DNA of 62,775 nucleotides, filler included, from Klebsormidium nitens (GCA_000708835.1; 7 parts of 7 records of this genome joined end to end with filler, not necessarily neighbours in it), one strand, 5' to 3'; positions 38,145 through 51,400 are shown, counted from the first letter of the whole stretch. Notes: a model not told the origin generated them from the letters alone. Program-made: numbers and translations.

Positions 38145-38613
38145 GCCATTTTGTGCTTTAGTCGTACGATTCCTCGTATGCTACAACCAAGCCGGCCGAC
38201 ATGTGAGAGTGGCGGCCCAACCTTAGATACATACATATTAGCAACCTCGGCCGAGATCCGAAAAGTTTATACTACAATCCGTTATAATTTCTTTCTTCTC
38301 CAGGGAAGGGATTATAACAGACTAGTAGTACAAACTTTTCCCTTTGGTTCTGGATTGATGATATGTATGTATGTAAGTTTATACCGGAAAAGATGCAATG
38401 TTGTAATGGACTTTTTGGAGAAGAGAATATAAGAGATTAGTAGTACGAAGTTTTCCTTGTGGGATCCAATTGCCAATATGTATGTATGTAAGGCCATACC
38501 GGGAAAGATACAACATTCACACTAAGCAACAGCCTAAAGTACTTAAGTTTCACTTAATACAATCAATCCTGGCCAATTTTCCAAACCACGAGTATTCAGT
38601 GGTTCCTCTCCTC

Positions 38614-41600
38614 CTATTCCGTCTTAACCTCTAGGGCTTTCAGCGCAAGACCCTTATATCCTCGCTCCGTTACGCCGCAATACTTTACACCAAGGCCAAG
38701 TTTGCTGGGCTTCTCTGGACCCGAGAAGCCGTGGTTGTTCATTGCCGACTTCAGCGACTTGGTGTCGAGCGAGCAAATATGGCCGACGCACTTGCCGCCC
38801 ACCATCCTCTGCGGGTCGTTGTACGCCTTGAGGGCATCGCTCGTCGAGATGAAGAGGTCATCGCCCTTGACGCAGCTGTTGAGGACGAAGTTGTCGAAAT
38901 CGTCCGCCGCCTCTTCGTAGTCCTGCAGGGCGTCCATGCTCCGCTTCGGCATGAGGTACAGCTGCTGTCCGTTCTGGTACCACTTCACCGCTCCTGCGAC
39001 CAGCCATGCGAGCATGTTCTGCAAGGTGCTCAGCTTGGTGAGGAGTCGCGTGTCTACCAGCCCGTGCAACGGGTTGGCCGGATCGTACCCTTTCTCGTGG
39101 GGCGAGAAGTAGCGCCGCACGAAGCAAACCAGCTGGAGGCGGCGCCGGAGGGCAACGGACCAGGTCTTGTCCGTCCGCGGGAGGTAGTTCGTGCAGATGA
39201 TTAGCTGCAAAAAGGATTCGAAAAGGGCGCAATCAGAGTTTGGCTGGCTCACTTCAACAAATCCGAGCATGCCACAAGAGATCAAGCCCTCTTGCCGCTG
39301 ACAAGAGATCAAGTCCTACTGTTGCTGATCTTCATTCAAGTGCAAGAGTTCGATCGCAATCCATGCTGTGCCATAGACTGCTGACGAACATATATTGGCC
39401 TCACCAGAACGGTTGCGGTGAACGTAACATAGTCCCGGAACAAAGGCCGAGCGGTGATGACATCGCTGCCGGTAAGCTTTTTCATACCGGCCTCGTTGAG
39501 CGAATCGGATCTGTCGGTCTCTTCGACCACCGCTAGTAGCGCTCCAGCAAGCCCTGCGCAAAAAGCAAAGATGTTCCGATAAAAACACGCAGATTGGATA
39601 GCCCAGAAGACAGGATCGAAAGGACGGACACGAGAATTTGCTGGCGGACTGATCATTGCATTTCCGACAATATTCGATGAGGTAAATGCTGAGTCAGGAC
39701 ATTGTAGTTTGCAAGACGATCAGACAGGATCGACAAGACGAACACGATAATTTGCCATCAGACAAACTGTCATGCATCCCTAAAGGAATGAGATGCAGCA
39801 TCATATTTGACTTTTGGAGAAAGAGGACGTTCTGGTAGAGTCTCACCCGCTTCGAGCGGCGAAGCGGCCCCCTTGTGGGCGGCTCGCTGCCCTTTGGAGT
39901 TCACCAGAATCTCCTTGCCGACATTCTTGAAGGCGGCGCCGAGGAGCTTGCGCAGCAGGGCGAGGAAAACGCTCTTGCCTGCACTCCCCTCGCCAACAAA
40001 GATCGGCAGTACCTGAGAAGTATTTTGAGGAAAAGACTTCACAGGGGTGCAGATGTGGAGGCCACCTTCCACGAGAGTCCTCTGTTGTGACCTTCACCAC
40101 AAAACGGGGGAAGCGCCAAGACCTTCGCATAAATGGCTGGCAGTCGATGGGCCAAAGATTCACAACCTAGTCTCACAGCATTTGGTCTTATAGCAATTGG
40201 TCAATGGCGATCCCGTGCTAATGGCCGAAGACCTCATGCGATTGTTGGGCTGTTGAAGTTTCAAGAAGCCCGTGAATACATCAAGTCCATGAGTCACTTG
40301 AAAGGAGCACATACCTGATTGCTCGTATGACCAGTCAGCCCGTACCCCAGCAGAACCTGGAGGTGCTCCAGAGCGGCCGGCCCATCCTCTCCGGAGGCGT
40401 GCATGATGTCCTCCAAGAACCGAACCATCTCGCCCCTCGGAAATGACAACCCAGCGCGGAAGTACGGCCAATCGATCACCCGGCTGTTCATGAACTGCAG
40501 TGCAAATTGCAGACCCATGAGAATGTCGGACAGCAAAGACGGCACGGACGGTCAGGTTTCCCAAAAACGTACAAATAATCGATCTGAGAAGCCGATTTAT
40601 TGTATCTATCTGAATCTCGATAGTCCTGATAGATGTAGCCAAATACTTTGTCCTTTCACCAAAATGCAAGATTGTGACCATCTACATCTGAATTGCAAGA
40701 GCAATTGCCTAAGTGATTGTTGATTGATAAAGGAGGTCCACCGTCTGGCCGGTGGACCTGGCCGATGCCTCCATGACGCGAACTTCTTGATGAAGTCCTT
40801 GAAACTAATCTGCACGGTTTTTGCGCGAGCACGGAATCATCACTCACCCGGGGGTGATGCGGGAGCAGCTCGCCAGTCCGCAAGTCGATGACGCCGTTCG
40901 CCACAGCCAGGAAGTCCTTCTGCACGTCCAGTAGGGACTGGAAGCTGGGCTGATAGAAGTACTCCTTGCATGTGCCCATGATGTTGGACATCTTTGCATT
41001 GAAGTTGACATTGATCAGCCTCTCCTCCTTCTCCGGCTTGAACTGCTTCCCGCCACCCACCGACTTCGACCTGATTGAAGGGCCTCCCTTCACCGCCAAT
41101 CCGCTGTCTTCATCGCCTGCCGGTCCGTTGGCCATGGCGATCGAACGCCCTTCTCCCTCCCCTTGTTCTGCTTCTTGCATGTAAGCGGCCTCGATCTTGG
41201 AGAGCTCCTCGCGGAGCACCCGCAGGATCCGGCCGCCGCTCTCGTCCTTGGCCCAGCAACGACCGGACCAGTAGTACGAGCCCGAGGAGGTGAAGGCGAA
41301 TTTCAGGCCCGTCCGAGCGTAGAGGCGCTCCAGGATGATGGCGCCACCAACATCCCCTGTACGTACAAGAACTTGCTGTTTGAGAAAGAAGCCTCACATG
41401 TCCTTGCCAGCAGCTAAGGGGCGCGCACTAAAGGCGAGATTCTATGAAGAAGCAAATGTAGCGACCAGTCGTAGCTCGGGAGCTACTACTGCTGTCAGAC
41501 TGAAGAACGGAAAAACGTGCGAGATTTGCTAAAAGGCAGCTGCAGGACCAATCGTGGCTCGCGAGCTACCATTGCTCTTAGATTGAAGAACAGACACGTG

Positions 41601-42559
41601 CGGAATTCATTAGAAAGCAAAAGCAGTTGTAGGGACCTTGTAGCTCGGGAGCTACTATTGCTGTCAAACTGAAGAATAAAAGGATGCAATCACACAACAA
41701 AGATGTGCGCCCTACAAGTTGTCAGGTTGTTAGAAGGCCAAACGGGCCTGCAGGTCTGCTCGAGTTGAGCGAGCAAAGAGTAAAAAATCTAGAATGCGAT
41801 TGGAGGTAGCAACCGTAGGCCTGGCCTACCACAGCATTCTCAAAGAAAGGGGCAGTATTGCAAGCTGTAACTTGATAGCTTCATAGGCGTAATTTCCAGT
41901 CACGCCTTCACGAGAAACAGTGCTGACTGACGACCATTCGACTCACCTTTCTTGATATTCAGGTTCTCTCGAAGGAAGGGCAGCGGCAGCAGCTGCCGGT
42001 CGGAGAACAGGTGGTCCCTCTCGCTGTTCAGGGGCGGGCTGTCGCCAAAGGCCGCGGCGATCGGCAGGGGGAGAACGCCCAGGCGGAAGTTGCCTGACCT
42101 CGGGGTGGCCTTGCAGCTCTCCCCGTGGCAGATGTACGTCACCTCGGACCCCCGCCGCAGGAGCCCGAAGTTGGTGCTGTCGTGCACCCTCGCGCGAGTT
42201 GCCGGGAAGTAGGGGCACGTCACGCGCCCGCCAGGCGCGTTCTGGAACCCGTAGATGACCCCAGGGCCCGTGGCGGGCGGCTTGGCGGCGCAAAAGATCG
42301 AGGTGTTGTCGCCCCAGGTCGACAGCAGCTTCTCGAGCTCGCGCACCACCTCCGACCGAAGCTCGGGGTCCGCCAGGTCTGGTTCTTCAAAAGAAGACGC
42401 CCCCTCAGAGCTCCCCTCGGCCTCCACTTCTGCGTCGGTGCCGCCCGTCCGACCCTCTTGCACCTGTTGCCCGCAAAAAGGGTCTGCGACCATCTGGCAG
42501 AGGCGAGGCGCTTTCAGTGCAAAGCCACGTGCGGCCACGACTTTCGAGGTTTCTTCCAT
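38614..42559 (-). CDS. D5-like SF3 helicase with an N-terminal Cys/His domain and five spliceosomal introns
   Basis: Exons 42559-41947, 41356-40848, 40494-40315, 40012-39847, 39553-39405 and 39204-38614 give 2208 nt in one frame. Motifs: D5_N (YYWSGRCWAKD, ANGVIDLRTGELLPH), Walker A GEGSAGKS, Walker B AVVEE, motif C IICTN and LRRRL. An upstream exon cannot be excluded. Confidence 0.9.
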
Positions 42560-43228
42560 GGGACACTGCTTTGACCAACCACTTCTGGATGTCACACCCG
42601 TAATGATTTATGGATACAACCAATTTTTCTTATCACTGGCTACAACTTTTTTAAGAATGATAACTAGGCAGATTGTAGGTAGTAAGACAAGTTGTACACA
42701 AAATGTACAAGCTGTTCACTGCGTTGATGAAGCTTGGCCTCAAGTGAGTTGTCCAGAACAAGGGCCACAGTCAATCAAGAGGTCAACCTGACTGCCGCTC
42801 AACACCAGCCTGACCGCCTGATTGGCGGCCCAGTATCAACCTGACCACATTCGTAAAATGAGGCCCACAGCAGCCCCGGAGAAGAACTACTAGGGGCGAA
42901 GCCTAAAGACGAGCTCAAAACCAGCCTTGCACTGGACCATCCTACAACGAGTCCCAGCGCCTACACAAAAGTCAATTCCGTTAGGTACCAGGGTGCAAGC
43001 AGAATCCGCTTGAAGGTACCACGACCGGGCGAAGACATCCAAAGCCAACCAAGGCATCGTGCAGAAGAGTCAGAGCCAATATTGCCCCACGAGTTGGCAG
43101 CAAGAGCGAACGAATAGCTGAATCCGTGTGATTGTACACCACCAGAATACCAATGACGATTCTGTATACATTTTTGAAAGAGCTGGTTGTATGAGCCCGC
43201 TGATGCATGAGCAAAAGCAGATGCACAG

Positions 43229-46155
43229 TCATAGTGGTGAGCGCGGGATCCTAACCCCGATGGGCATGGGGCCTGCATCGCAGGGCGCGTCCGCGCTCGA
43301 CTCTGCATCGCTGGCCCCGCCACTCTCCACCTTGTCTACGCAATTCTCAGTGCGTGTGCTCGCAACAGGCGAGCGGACCCCTTGTTCTGCCGAAGCGGCA
43401 TCCACCTGCAGAGAAAGAGCTGGAACACTGAGAATCGGCGACAGGAGAATAACGTGTTTTTGCTGTCGATCGTGTCTGCTAGGCCTAAGAAGCACGAAGG
43501 GCGACGAGCATCAGAGCGCAGAGGGGCGACAGGACAGAGACACGTCCTTAATGTCCATCCTGTCTGTCTGCTAAAGCACAAAAGGCAAAATGCATGAGAG
43601 CAAGGACGGCGACAGGAAAAAGACATTGATGTCCGTCCTGTCCTCTCTGAGAGAGGACCCCGCGTCATGGCTCACCACAGTTGTTGCGGGTCCCGCGCTC
43701 AACTGCGCCCCACCGGCCGCGCCGCTCTCCACCTCGTCCATGGGGTCGGCAGTGCGCGCGCTTACATGGGGCCGGACCTCAGGCGAGCGGAGCTCTTCCT
43801 TCGCAGAGTCGTTTCTTGTCTGCAGAGGGAGAGTGTAAGATGAGCAACGGCGGCAGAAGACATACATGTCTCTGAGCACTGTCTGACGTGTCTGCCAGAG
43901 GAGCGGAGCGCGGCTGGCGGCACAAGAACACGTGGAATTGCTTGGCAGTCTTGCCTGCCAGCCAAGCCCTGAGGAATGGGCGGTGACGAAATAATCATAT
44001 GAATATGCTGTCGTGTTTGCGAGGCAAGCAATTAAAAGCATGCGCCAGGCTCTGATGAAATGAACGATGACTTGACTGTGCACAACCAGATAAACTTGTG
44101 GTCAATAGTTGGATCAGCATGGATCCGCCTTGTATGGAGACATTCAGATGATTGGTGGAATGGCCGGGTGCAAGAGTTAACGCCAGCCTCACCACATCAA
44201 GTGCAGTGCTGTGCGGGGATTCCCCCCCACCCCCGTCATCCTGCGGCAGCGCTTCCTGGGTCTTGGGTTGTCCTTCGAGCTCTCCTCTCGCTCGGGTTTC
44301 ATCGACCTGGAGAAAGGGAGACGAAGAAGGGGCATGCATCAATTGTTTGCTGATGCTTTAAAGAGTCAGTCAGTTCCAGACTTAAGGGCGACTTCAAAAA
44401 CCACCAATCGTGAAGCTCACAATAGGTCACGTGCAGAAAAGGGTTCTCGTTCTTGCATTACACCTGAGTGCTCAAGAACCAGACTCAACCACATGCGCCA
44501 GACACTCGACGCATAATGAACATGCGCCAAATTGTGTGCGTGCACTTCAGGCATCACAAGCGCATCCGAGCCTATAACACTTTCGATTGGTCTGATGGGT
44601 CAAAAGCTGGCAAGTCTCACCTTTAATGCTTTAACGTGCAGCCGATCGCTGGCGACTGTGTCTTGCAGTTGAGGATTCTCCACGATGTTACGACGACGCT
44701 TCTTGTTTGCCAAACGCTTGGTCGACCCTTCCTCAGATGCGCTTGGGCCCGAGTAGACCGGGCTTGCAGGCTCGTACAGTCCCATCTTCTGCAATTCAAC
44801 GCGGCAAAAGGATGAGCTGGTGCTCAGTACTCATTCGCAAGCGTGGACTTTGAAACATGCATATCATGCAGCTTGCAGGCCCCACGTCCTACGGCCCAAG
44901 GTCGGCCCGAAATGAGTGCTGAATCAGCACGACAGCAGCCACGAGATTAGCCGGGTACAACAAGCAATACCAAGCAGAACACAATGAGCTTCAAATCAGC
45001 CCAACAGCAAGACCCCAAATCAGCTCCAAAACGGGCCTCAACCAGCCCACGACGGCCCCAAAATCAGACCCACAGCAGGCCCGACATCAGCCCCAAAGCA
45101 GACCCCAAACCAACCCTGGCAGCGGCCTTAATCCAGCTCCATAGGGGCACGAGCCAGCTCGGGCAGCGGGGGGCAAACAGCCCCACAGCAAGCTCGGAAT
45201 TCGCCCCACAGCAGGACCAAAAAACCCCAACAAGAAGCTTCAAATTAGCCCCCACCGCAAGTAAGACATCGGCCAACAGCGGGCTCTCGATCAGCCCAAC
45301 AGCGGGTCCAAAAGCAGCCCACAGCAGGCCTCAAGTCAGCCCGACAAAGTGCAACAAATCAGCCCCACAGCAAGCGCTAAATCAGCCAAACGACAAGCAA
45401 CACGTCAGCCCGACAGCGGGCGTAATATCAGCCTGACAGCGGGTGCAAGTCAGCTTGCGCCCTCTTGCCAATCCAGTTCATGTAGATACGAAGCTCAGAG
45501 AAGCAATATGACTTGCATGCTTTGCGCTTTTGCTGTAGAAAGTGCCCACAACACAGACAGGCTTTGGCATACTTGGTTGCATGAAAAGCTGACCTCAGAG
45601 GCACATAGAAGCACACAGTATACACCATCAGCCGGGACCCCTGGAAGGTTAAGCAAGAGGAGAAGGTTTGACTCCAAATCTTTACATGGGACGAAAAGAT
45701 CATTGCATCCACTTTCATCGAACATGTTGATACCAATCATAACACAATCAGAGACGCGCTCCAAATCAGCTCCTTAGCAAGCCTCCAATCAGCCCAAAAG
45801 CAAGCGCACAATCAGAGCAACGACAGTGGCGCCAGACCCTGGCACTTGTTTTGCATGTGCTACAATCCTTCACTTGACCAGGAAAGCAGAGCATGCAGAG
45901 CATATCAAAAACAATTGACCTGGTGACAGCACATGCAGTGGAGAGAAGGATGGTACTTACCAATCGCTGGCAAGAGCGTGCCGCTTTTATTGTGCTGTGC
46001 GTCTCTGGCCCCCGTGTCAAGACAACTAGACGTTTCTGCCTTGCCGCACTCCTTGCATGCTCTGCCCCTTGAAGATGCTTGTATGCAGGCCTAAGCTCCT
46101 CTCTCTTTCTGAAGATGTTTCTTGAATCTTCCAAGATGGGGTGGATTTTAGCCAC
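43229..46155 (-). CDS. Possible multi-exon gene of unknown function
   Basis: Several GC-rich segments with AG acceptors (about 44788, 44308, 43822 and 43410) and plausible GT donors. No recognisable domain. Confidence 0.3.
44920..45445 (+). repeat. Degenerate tandem array with a period of about 22 bp (consensus near AAATCAGCCCAACAGCAGGCCC)
   Basis: Recurrent ATCAGCCC/ACAGC motifs across about 500 bp. Confidence 0.7.
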
Positions 46156-47238
46156 ATGGCAAACATGGAAGGTGACTTGAGGCCGCCACGCCTTGCCACC
46201 ACCATGCCACTGCCTGCCGCCCCCAGCTCAACACCTACCCCTGAAAGATAGCCACCAGCTGCGGGCCTGCGCCAGCTCTTGCCAGCGCCAACTTGCACTA
46301 CCAGCTCAGACAGCAGCTGAAAAATGCCAAGCAGCATCACCTCTTGCAGCTGCCAGCTGCGCCGTGCAATGTGGTGCAACCACCTAATGATTTGCTGCGC
46401 CCTTTCATGCCACCAACAGCTGGCGCATTTAGCGCAAGTCCTTAGCAGTTTGACGCAGCGCGCCATTGCAACTGGGCTACAATGTCCAAGGCGCCACTCG
46501 CAATGACAATCCAAATTCGATTGGTGTTTGTAAAGATCGTTTTTACAGCTGAGCTTGAACCTGCTGACTTGGTTCAAAAAGTCACCCTTAAGCTGAGCTT
46601 CCAGCAAGACTACCGTACTGTAAAGAGGTTGATGTAACTGGCGATGTCGAAGAAAGGTGAGAACCCAGCTACTACGGCTCGGCCTGCCCCTGTTGGCTGA
46701 GTTAGTGGAAAAGACGGGGTCAGACAGAAGAAAGTTGCCTTTCTCCCGGCATATGATCGACCATACCTGTAGAAATGTCTGAATATTAGTATCGACAGAG
46801 CCTACAGACACGAAGACGGGACAGACAGGAGAAAGTTGTTTCTCGCGGCACAGTAGAAATGTCGGAAATTTGTAATTAAGGTGGTAGGACGGTAATTCAG
46901 GTTGGATTGACCCTGGTTTACGTTCTGGTTCATAGAATGTTCAAAACTAAACCAAATCAGGTTTCGTCTTCTCCAATGGCTTCGAGACACCCTCGGGGTC
47001 CTCTCGAAGCTCCTCTAACCACCTCGAAGTAGTTTGGGTCAGTCTGAGAAACCCTGCCAACTCCAAACAACCTGGTTCAAAGGGGTATTTCCATTGGATT
47101 TTCTGCCTGTCAACTGCCACGATAAATTTCCTTCGAAGNNNNNNNNNNNNNNNNNNNNNNNNNNNNNNNNNNNNNNNNNNNNTTAATTAATTAANNNNNN
47201 NNNNNNNNNNNNNNNNNNNNNNNNNNNNNNNNNNNNNN

Positions 47239-48430
47239 ACCGCATGATCTTGCAAGACTATGGCATGACCAGGATTGCTTGGCATGGTGCATGGCGCTCT
47301 ACTATGTGGTCGTAGTATGCAGTCCCAGAAATTGAGCTGTCTTGGACATGACTGGACGCGGCTACGAGATGCCTGCGGGCACTCCTCGAAGCGCCGCCTC
47401 TCCACGATTCAAGACTTGGCTGAACACGCAGTGGAGCAAGACATGAAACCTTGCGGGGATGATTCGAAGTGCGAATTCCCAACCAGCAAGCAGACTGTCT
47501 TGAGCAGAAAGACAACATTTTTTACAGAGCAAGCGCCTCCATCCGAGAATGCCTGCAACCATGGTTTCCGCACATGGCTGCCGTATGTGTGTTTAGTTAT
47601 CCCGCCAGCGCTTCGCTTAAGCTGGCCAACCGTCACACTACTGCTCGGACTGTGCGATTGGCAGATAACGTTGTTGGCGCGATCCTGGGTGAGGCAACTG
47701 TGTATGTTCATTTGGGAGCGTTTCACAAGCCTGTGAAGTGCTATGTTGTGAACTTGTTGTTTGAGGTTGATGTCATCCTTGGTGATGAGTTCATGACTAG
47801 GTATGATTGTATTCTACATTATGGCAAAAGTGTTGTAATGATGACGAAAGGGAAAAGATACTTGACTCTTCGTAGTCCTGCTCTGAGTCCTCGTTCACGT
47901 TTTGACGATGATGAGAAGACTAATCCCGACGTGTTGTCTCATGCGCAGTTAAAGCGGTTGGTGAAGCGTGGCGCCTGCGTGTACTTGGCCTCGCTGAAGC
48001 CTATCGACCCAGACGCTGCCACGTGTTCTACCGCAACTGTAGCAGGCTCTGTGTCTGGAGGCAACCAAGATCATGCCACTGCACTGTCTGAGCCAACCGT
48101 ACAACCAGTCCAACCGAGCGACCCTGTCTTAAGTGAGAAGAAATGGGTTTTGTCTGAGTTTTCTGATGTGTTTCACGATGGGCCTCTTCCGGTTGGTCTG
48201 CCTCTTGTTCGTGCAAAAGGTCACAGTATTCCTAGTCATTCTCCTACGTTTCGGCAGATGTACCGTTTATCTCCGCTGGAATATCGTGAGTTGGAAAAGC
48301 GGGTCACCGCGTTTTTGAAGGCTGGATTTCTGGAAGTTTCTCAATCTCCGTATGGTGCTCCTGTGCTGTTTGTCCCTAAGTCTAACGGTCATGGTCTTCG
48401 TCTGTGTGTTGATTATCGGGCTCTAAAGAC
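47239..48430 (+). mobile_element. Ty3/Gypsy protease-RT fragment
   Basis: ORF 47469-48452 contains VDVILGDEF, YRLSPLEYRELE and SPYGAPVLFVPK..LRLCVDYRAL. Confidence 0.9.
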
Positions 48431-51400
48431 GTTGTTGTCCCGCTTCCAGTAATATGATCATGTCCCGTTGATGCAACCACAATCAATCCAACCACGCCTG
48501 ATCTGCATGATCTAGATCGATATGCGCTAATAAAAAGGCGCAGGACAGTGATGTCGCATCGAAGAAGTATGTTGAAGATTATGTACGGCCGAGGCACCGC
48601 GGAGATCACATTCGGGCTCACGCCAGTTGCAACGGTCGGAAGCCTGCACGCGGTGTCCTACATGCATTTGGTTAGGTTAGTTGGTCCCTGCTTCCACTGC
48701 GCGAATGATCATGCATGGGGCCGCCAACCTACCAGCACATGCCAGTGACCGCGTCATGAAGCTGTCTCGGGACACGGCGTCGGCGTCTGATTGACGACGG
48801 TTACGTTAAAAAGTACATGGTACGGGCAATTCGTAATATGCTAGGTTATAATTGAGTTGCATGTATGGAATTCATAGTCATTCATCATCCGGGGTCGGGC
48901 CCCTTCCCTTGGTTAAAGATTGATTGAAAGGACACGATGGATTCTAAGCTGGCGCTCAAAAAAGTATGGCTGGTATATGGCACGTTCTAAACAAGCTACA
49001 TTGGAGGTGGCTTGTGCTAACATTTAAGGCAATCCCCACAGCATCCACATTGTTCGTCCGAGAGGTTCACTACCCAGTTTGGTGTTGGCTCGCATTTCAG
49101 GACTTTTGGATGTCCAAAAGGGGTTCAAGCATGGGCACAAGACAAGTACAGGCAAATGACACTTACTGATTGGATGATGGCATCACCGAAGGCGTGGGAT
49201 ATGGTGATGTCAAACAAGAAGGTAACGCTGAAGGCTATAGGGCCAATTAAGTTACTGTCGTGTTGGTACTGCTGTCGATGGTTGTCGTTCTCCTACGCCG
49301 GTGGTGTTGTCGTATTGGTACACTATTGTCGATGTTGTCTCCGGTGTCTTCGCCGGTACTGCTGGCGCCGGTGGTGAGTACTCAAGGTACTCGCCGGGTG
49401 CTGGTGTCATGCGATATAACGTCGGCGTTCGATTGACGTCGGTTACATGGTGTGACGAGACATGTGGATCGGCTAAGCGTTAAATAGTGCATGATACGAG
49501 CAATAGGTGATATGCTGAGTAAATTGGGCGGCATGTATGGAACATGTCACAAACTCGATTGAACCGGTCGACGGATTTAAACCGTTCCGTTGCAAAACGT
49601 GTTCAAGGATCTGCGCGGCTCGAAGTGGTTGGCCGTCGATCTATCATTGAACTATGTTGGTACGTTTCGCAATAAGACCCCGTAAGTTCCGATCCCGTAA
49701 GTCCACGACTCCAATTTCCGATCTCGTGTTAAAATCATCGGCGCCTGATTGATCACTTCACTTCACTGCTTGAAGGCCCCGTCAAAAGCAGCTTCTATAA
49801 CCCCAACCCCTTCGAAACAATTTAGGATGGGATAGAAACCGGCTTCCATACCCCCCCAAACTGATTTTAGACTGTCCCAAAACGGGCCTCCATGGCCCCC
49901 TTGAAAAGTCTAAAACCGGAGTTCAGTACACCACTGTAAATGTGTTTTGATACGATGCCCTAGTAGCACTAATTTTTGAAAGGAGTTTCAAACATTAAGC
50001 AACAGAACAGCATCTGCTTCTAGTATAGAGACTTCGACCTTAGCAACTAGGACAAGTGAACTAAAAGACAAAAAGAAGCTGATATACAGATCTGAAGAAA
50101 CTGTAGACCAAAAGAACAATGATGTACCAATCTGGTTTCTTCAAACGATGAACTCATAAGATCTGACATAATGAAGCACTCCCCCTAGTTGGGGGACACT
50201 GAGTATGCAGAAACAACATTTCGGATAAATTTGCAGAAATCCAAAGCTCTCGTCATAGTTGGAGCTCATACTCACTGCATCTTGGTGGCCCGGCAAAATA
50301 TAGAAACGTTTTCACGAACTATATCTGCCTGTTAGTAGCATTTCTAGGGATTGTTCAATCTGGTGGATTGAAGACTCATAGAAAGAAGCAAGTCCGAGGC
50401 TGTGATATGCATCAAAGAAGGAAGCAAGAAAACGGAGACAGTCAATCACAACTGTGCTCAAAGAAGGACATCCATCAAAATATATTCATGTGAGGCGCCA
50501 GCCGGCCATCACAAGAGATACTCAAAGATGTATTGGAGGTTTCTGCATGCAAGAGTAGGCATGCATAAGTTGAATGATCGCTTTGAACAAAGCAAAAGGG
50601 AGGATGAATAATGAAAAGGATTGTATCGACCTCATCTCATAATCAACAGCATCTATTTCCACCACCCCTGCCACGTGAAGAATCTTAGTAAGAGTCATAA
50701 CCCCTGCTTGGCACCGAATACAAATGAACGGCCTTTTCCGTTGTTCCGTTGACCATTGAATCCTATACGTTCACGAAGCAGTCAGCAAGTGATGGTAACA
50801 AAGGAAGAGAAAGTTCACAAGGGTCCCACCCAGACCCTATAAGTGAAACGTTCNNNNNNNNNNNNNNNNNNNNNNNNNNNNNNNNNNNNNNNNNNNNNNN
50901 NNNNNNNNNNNNNNNNNNNNNNNNNNNNNNNNNNNNNNNNNNNNNNNNNNNNNNNNNNNNNNNNNNNNNNNNNNNNNNNNNNNNNNNNNNNNNNNNNNNN
51001 NNNNNNNNNNNNNNNNNNNNNNNNNNNNNNNNNNNNNNNNNNNNNNNNNNNNNNNNNNNNNNNNNNNNNNNNNNNNNNNNNNNNNNNNNNNNNNNNNNNN
51101 NNNNNNNNNNNNNNNNNNNNNNNNNNNNNNNNNNNNNNNNNNNNNNNNNNNNNNNNNNNNNNNNNNNNNNNNNNNNNNNNNNNNNNNNNNNNNNNNNNNN
51201 NNNNNNNNNNNNNNNNNNNNNNNNNNNNNNNNNNNNNNNNNNNNNNNNNNNNNNNNNNNNNNNNNNNNNNNNNNNNNNNNNNNNNNNNNNNNNNNNNNNN
51301 NNNNNNNNNNNNNNNNNNNNNNNNNNNNNNNNNNNNNNNNNNNNNNNNNNNNNNNNNNNNNNNNNNNNNNNNNNNNNNNNNNNNNNNNNNNNNNNNNNNN

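Noticed and set aside
34566-47138. Capsid, penton, packaging ATPase or pPolB genes expected for a complete Polinton-like virus
   Set aside because: None was recognisable by eye in any frame. Absence is not proven without HMM searches and gap closure.
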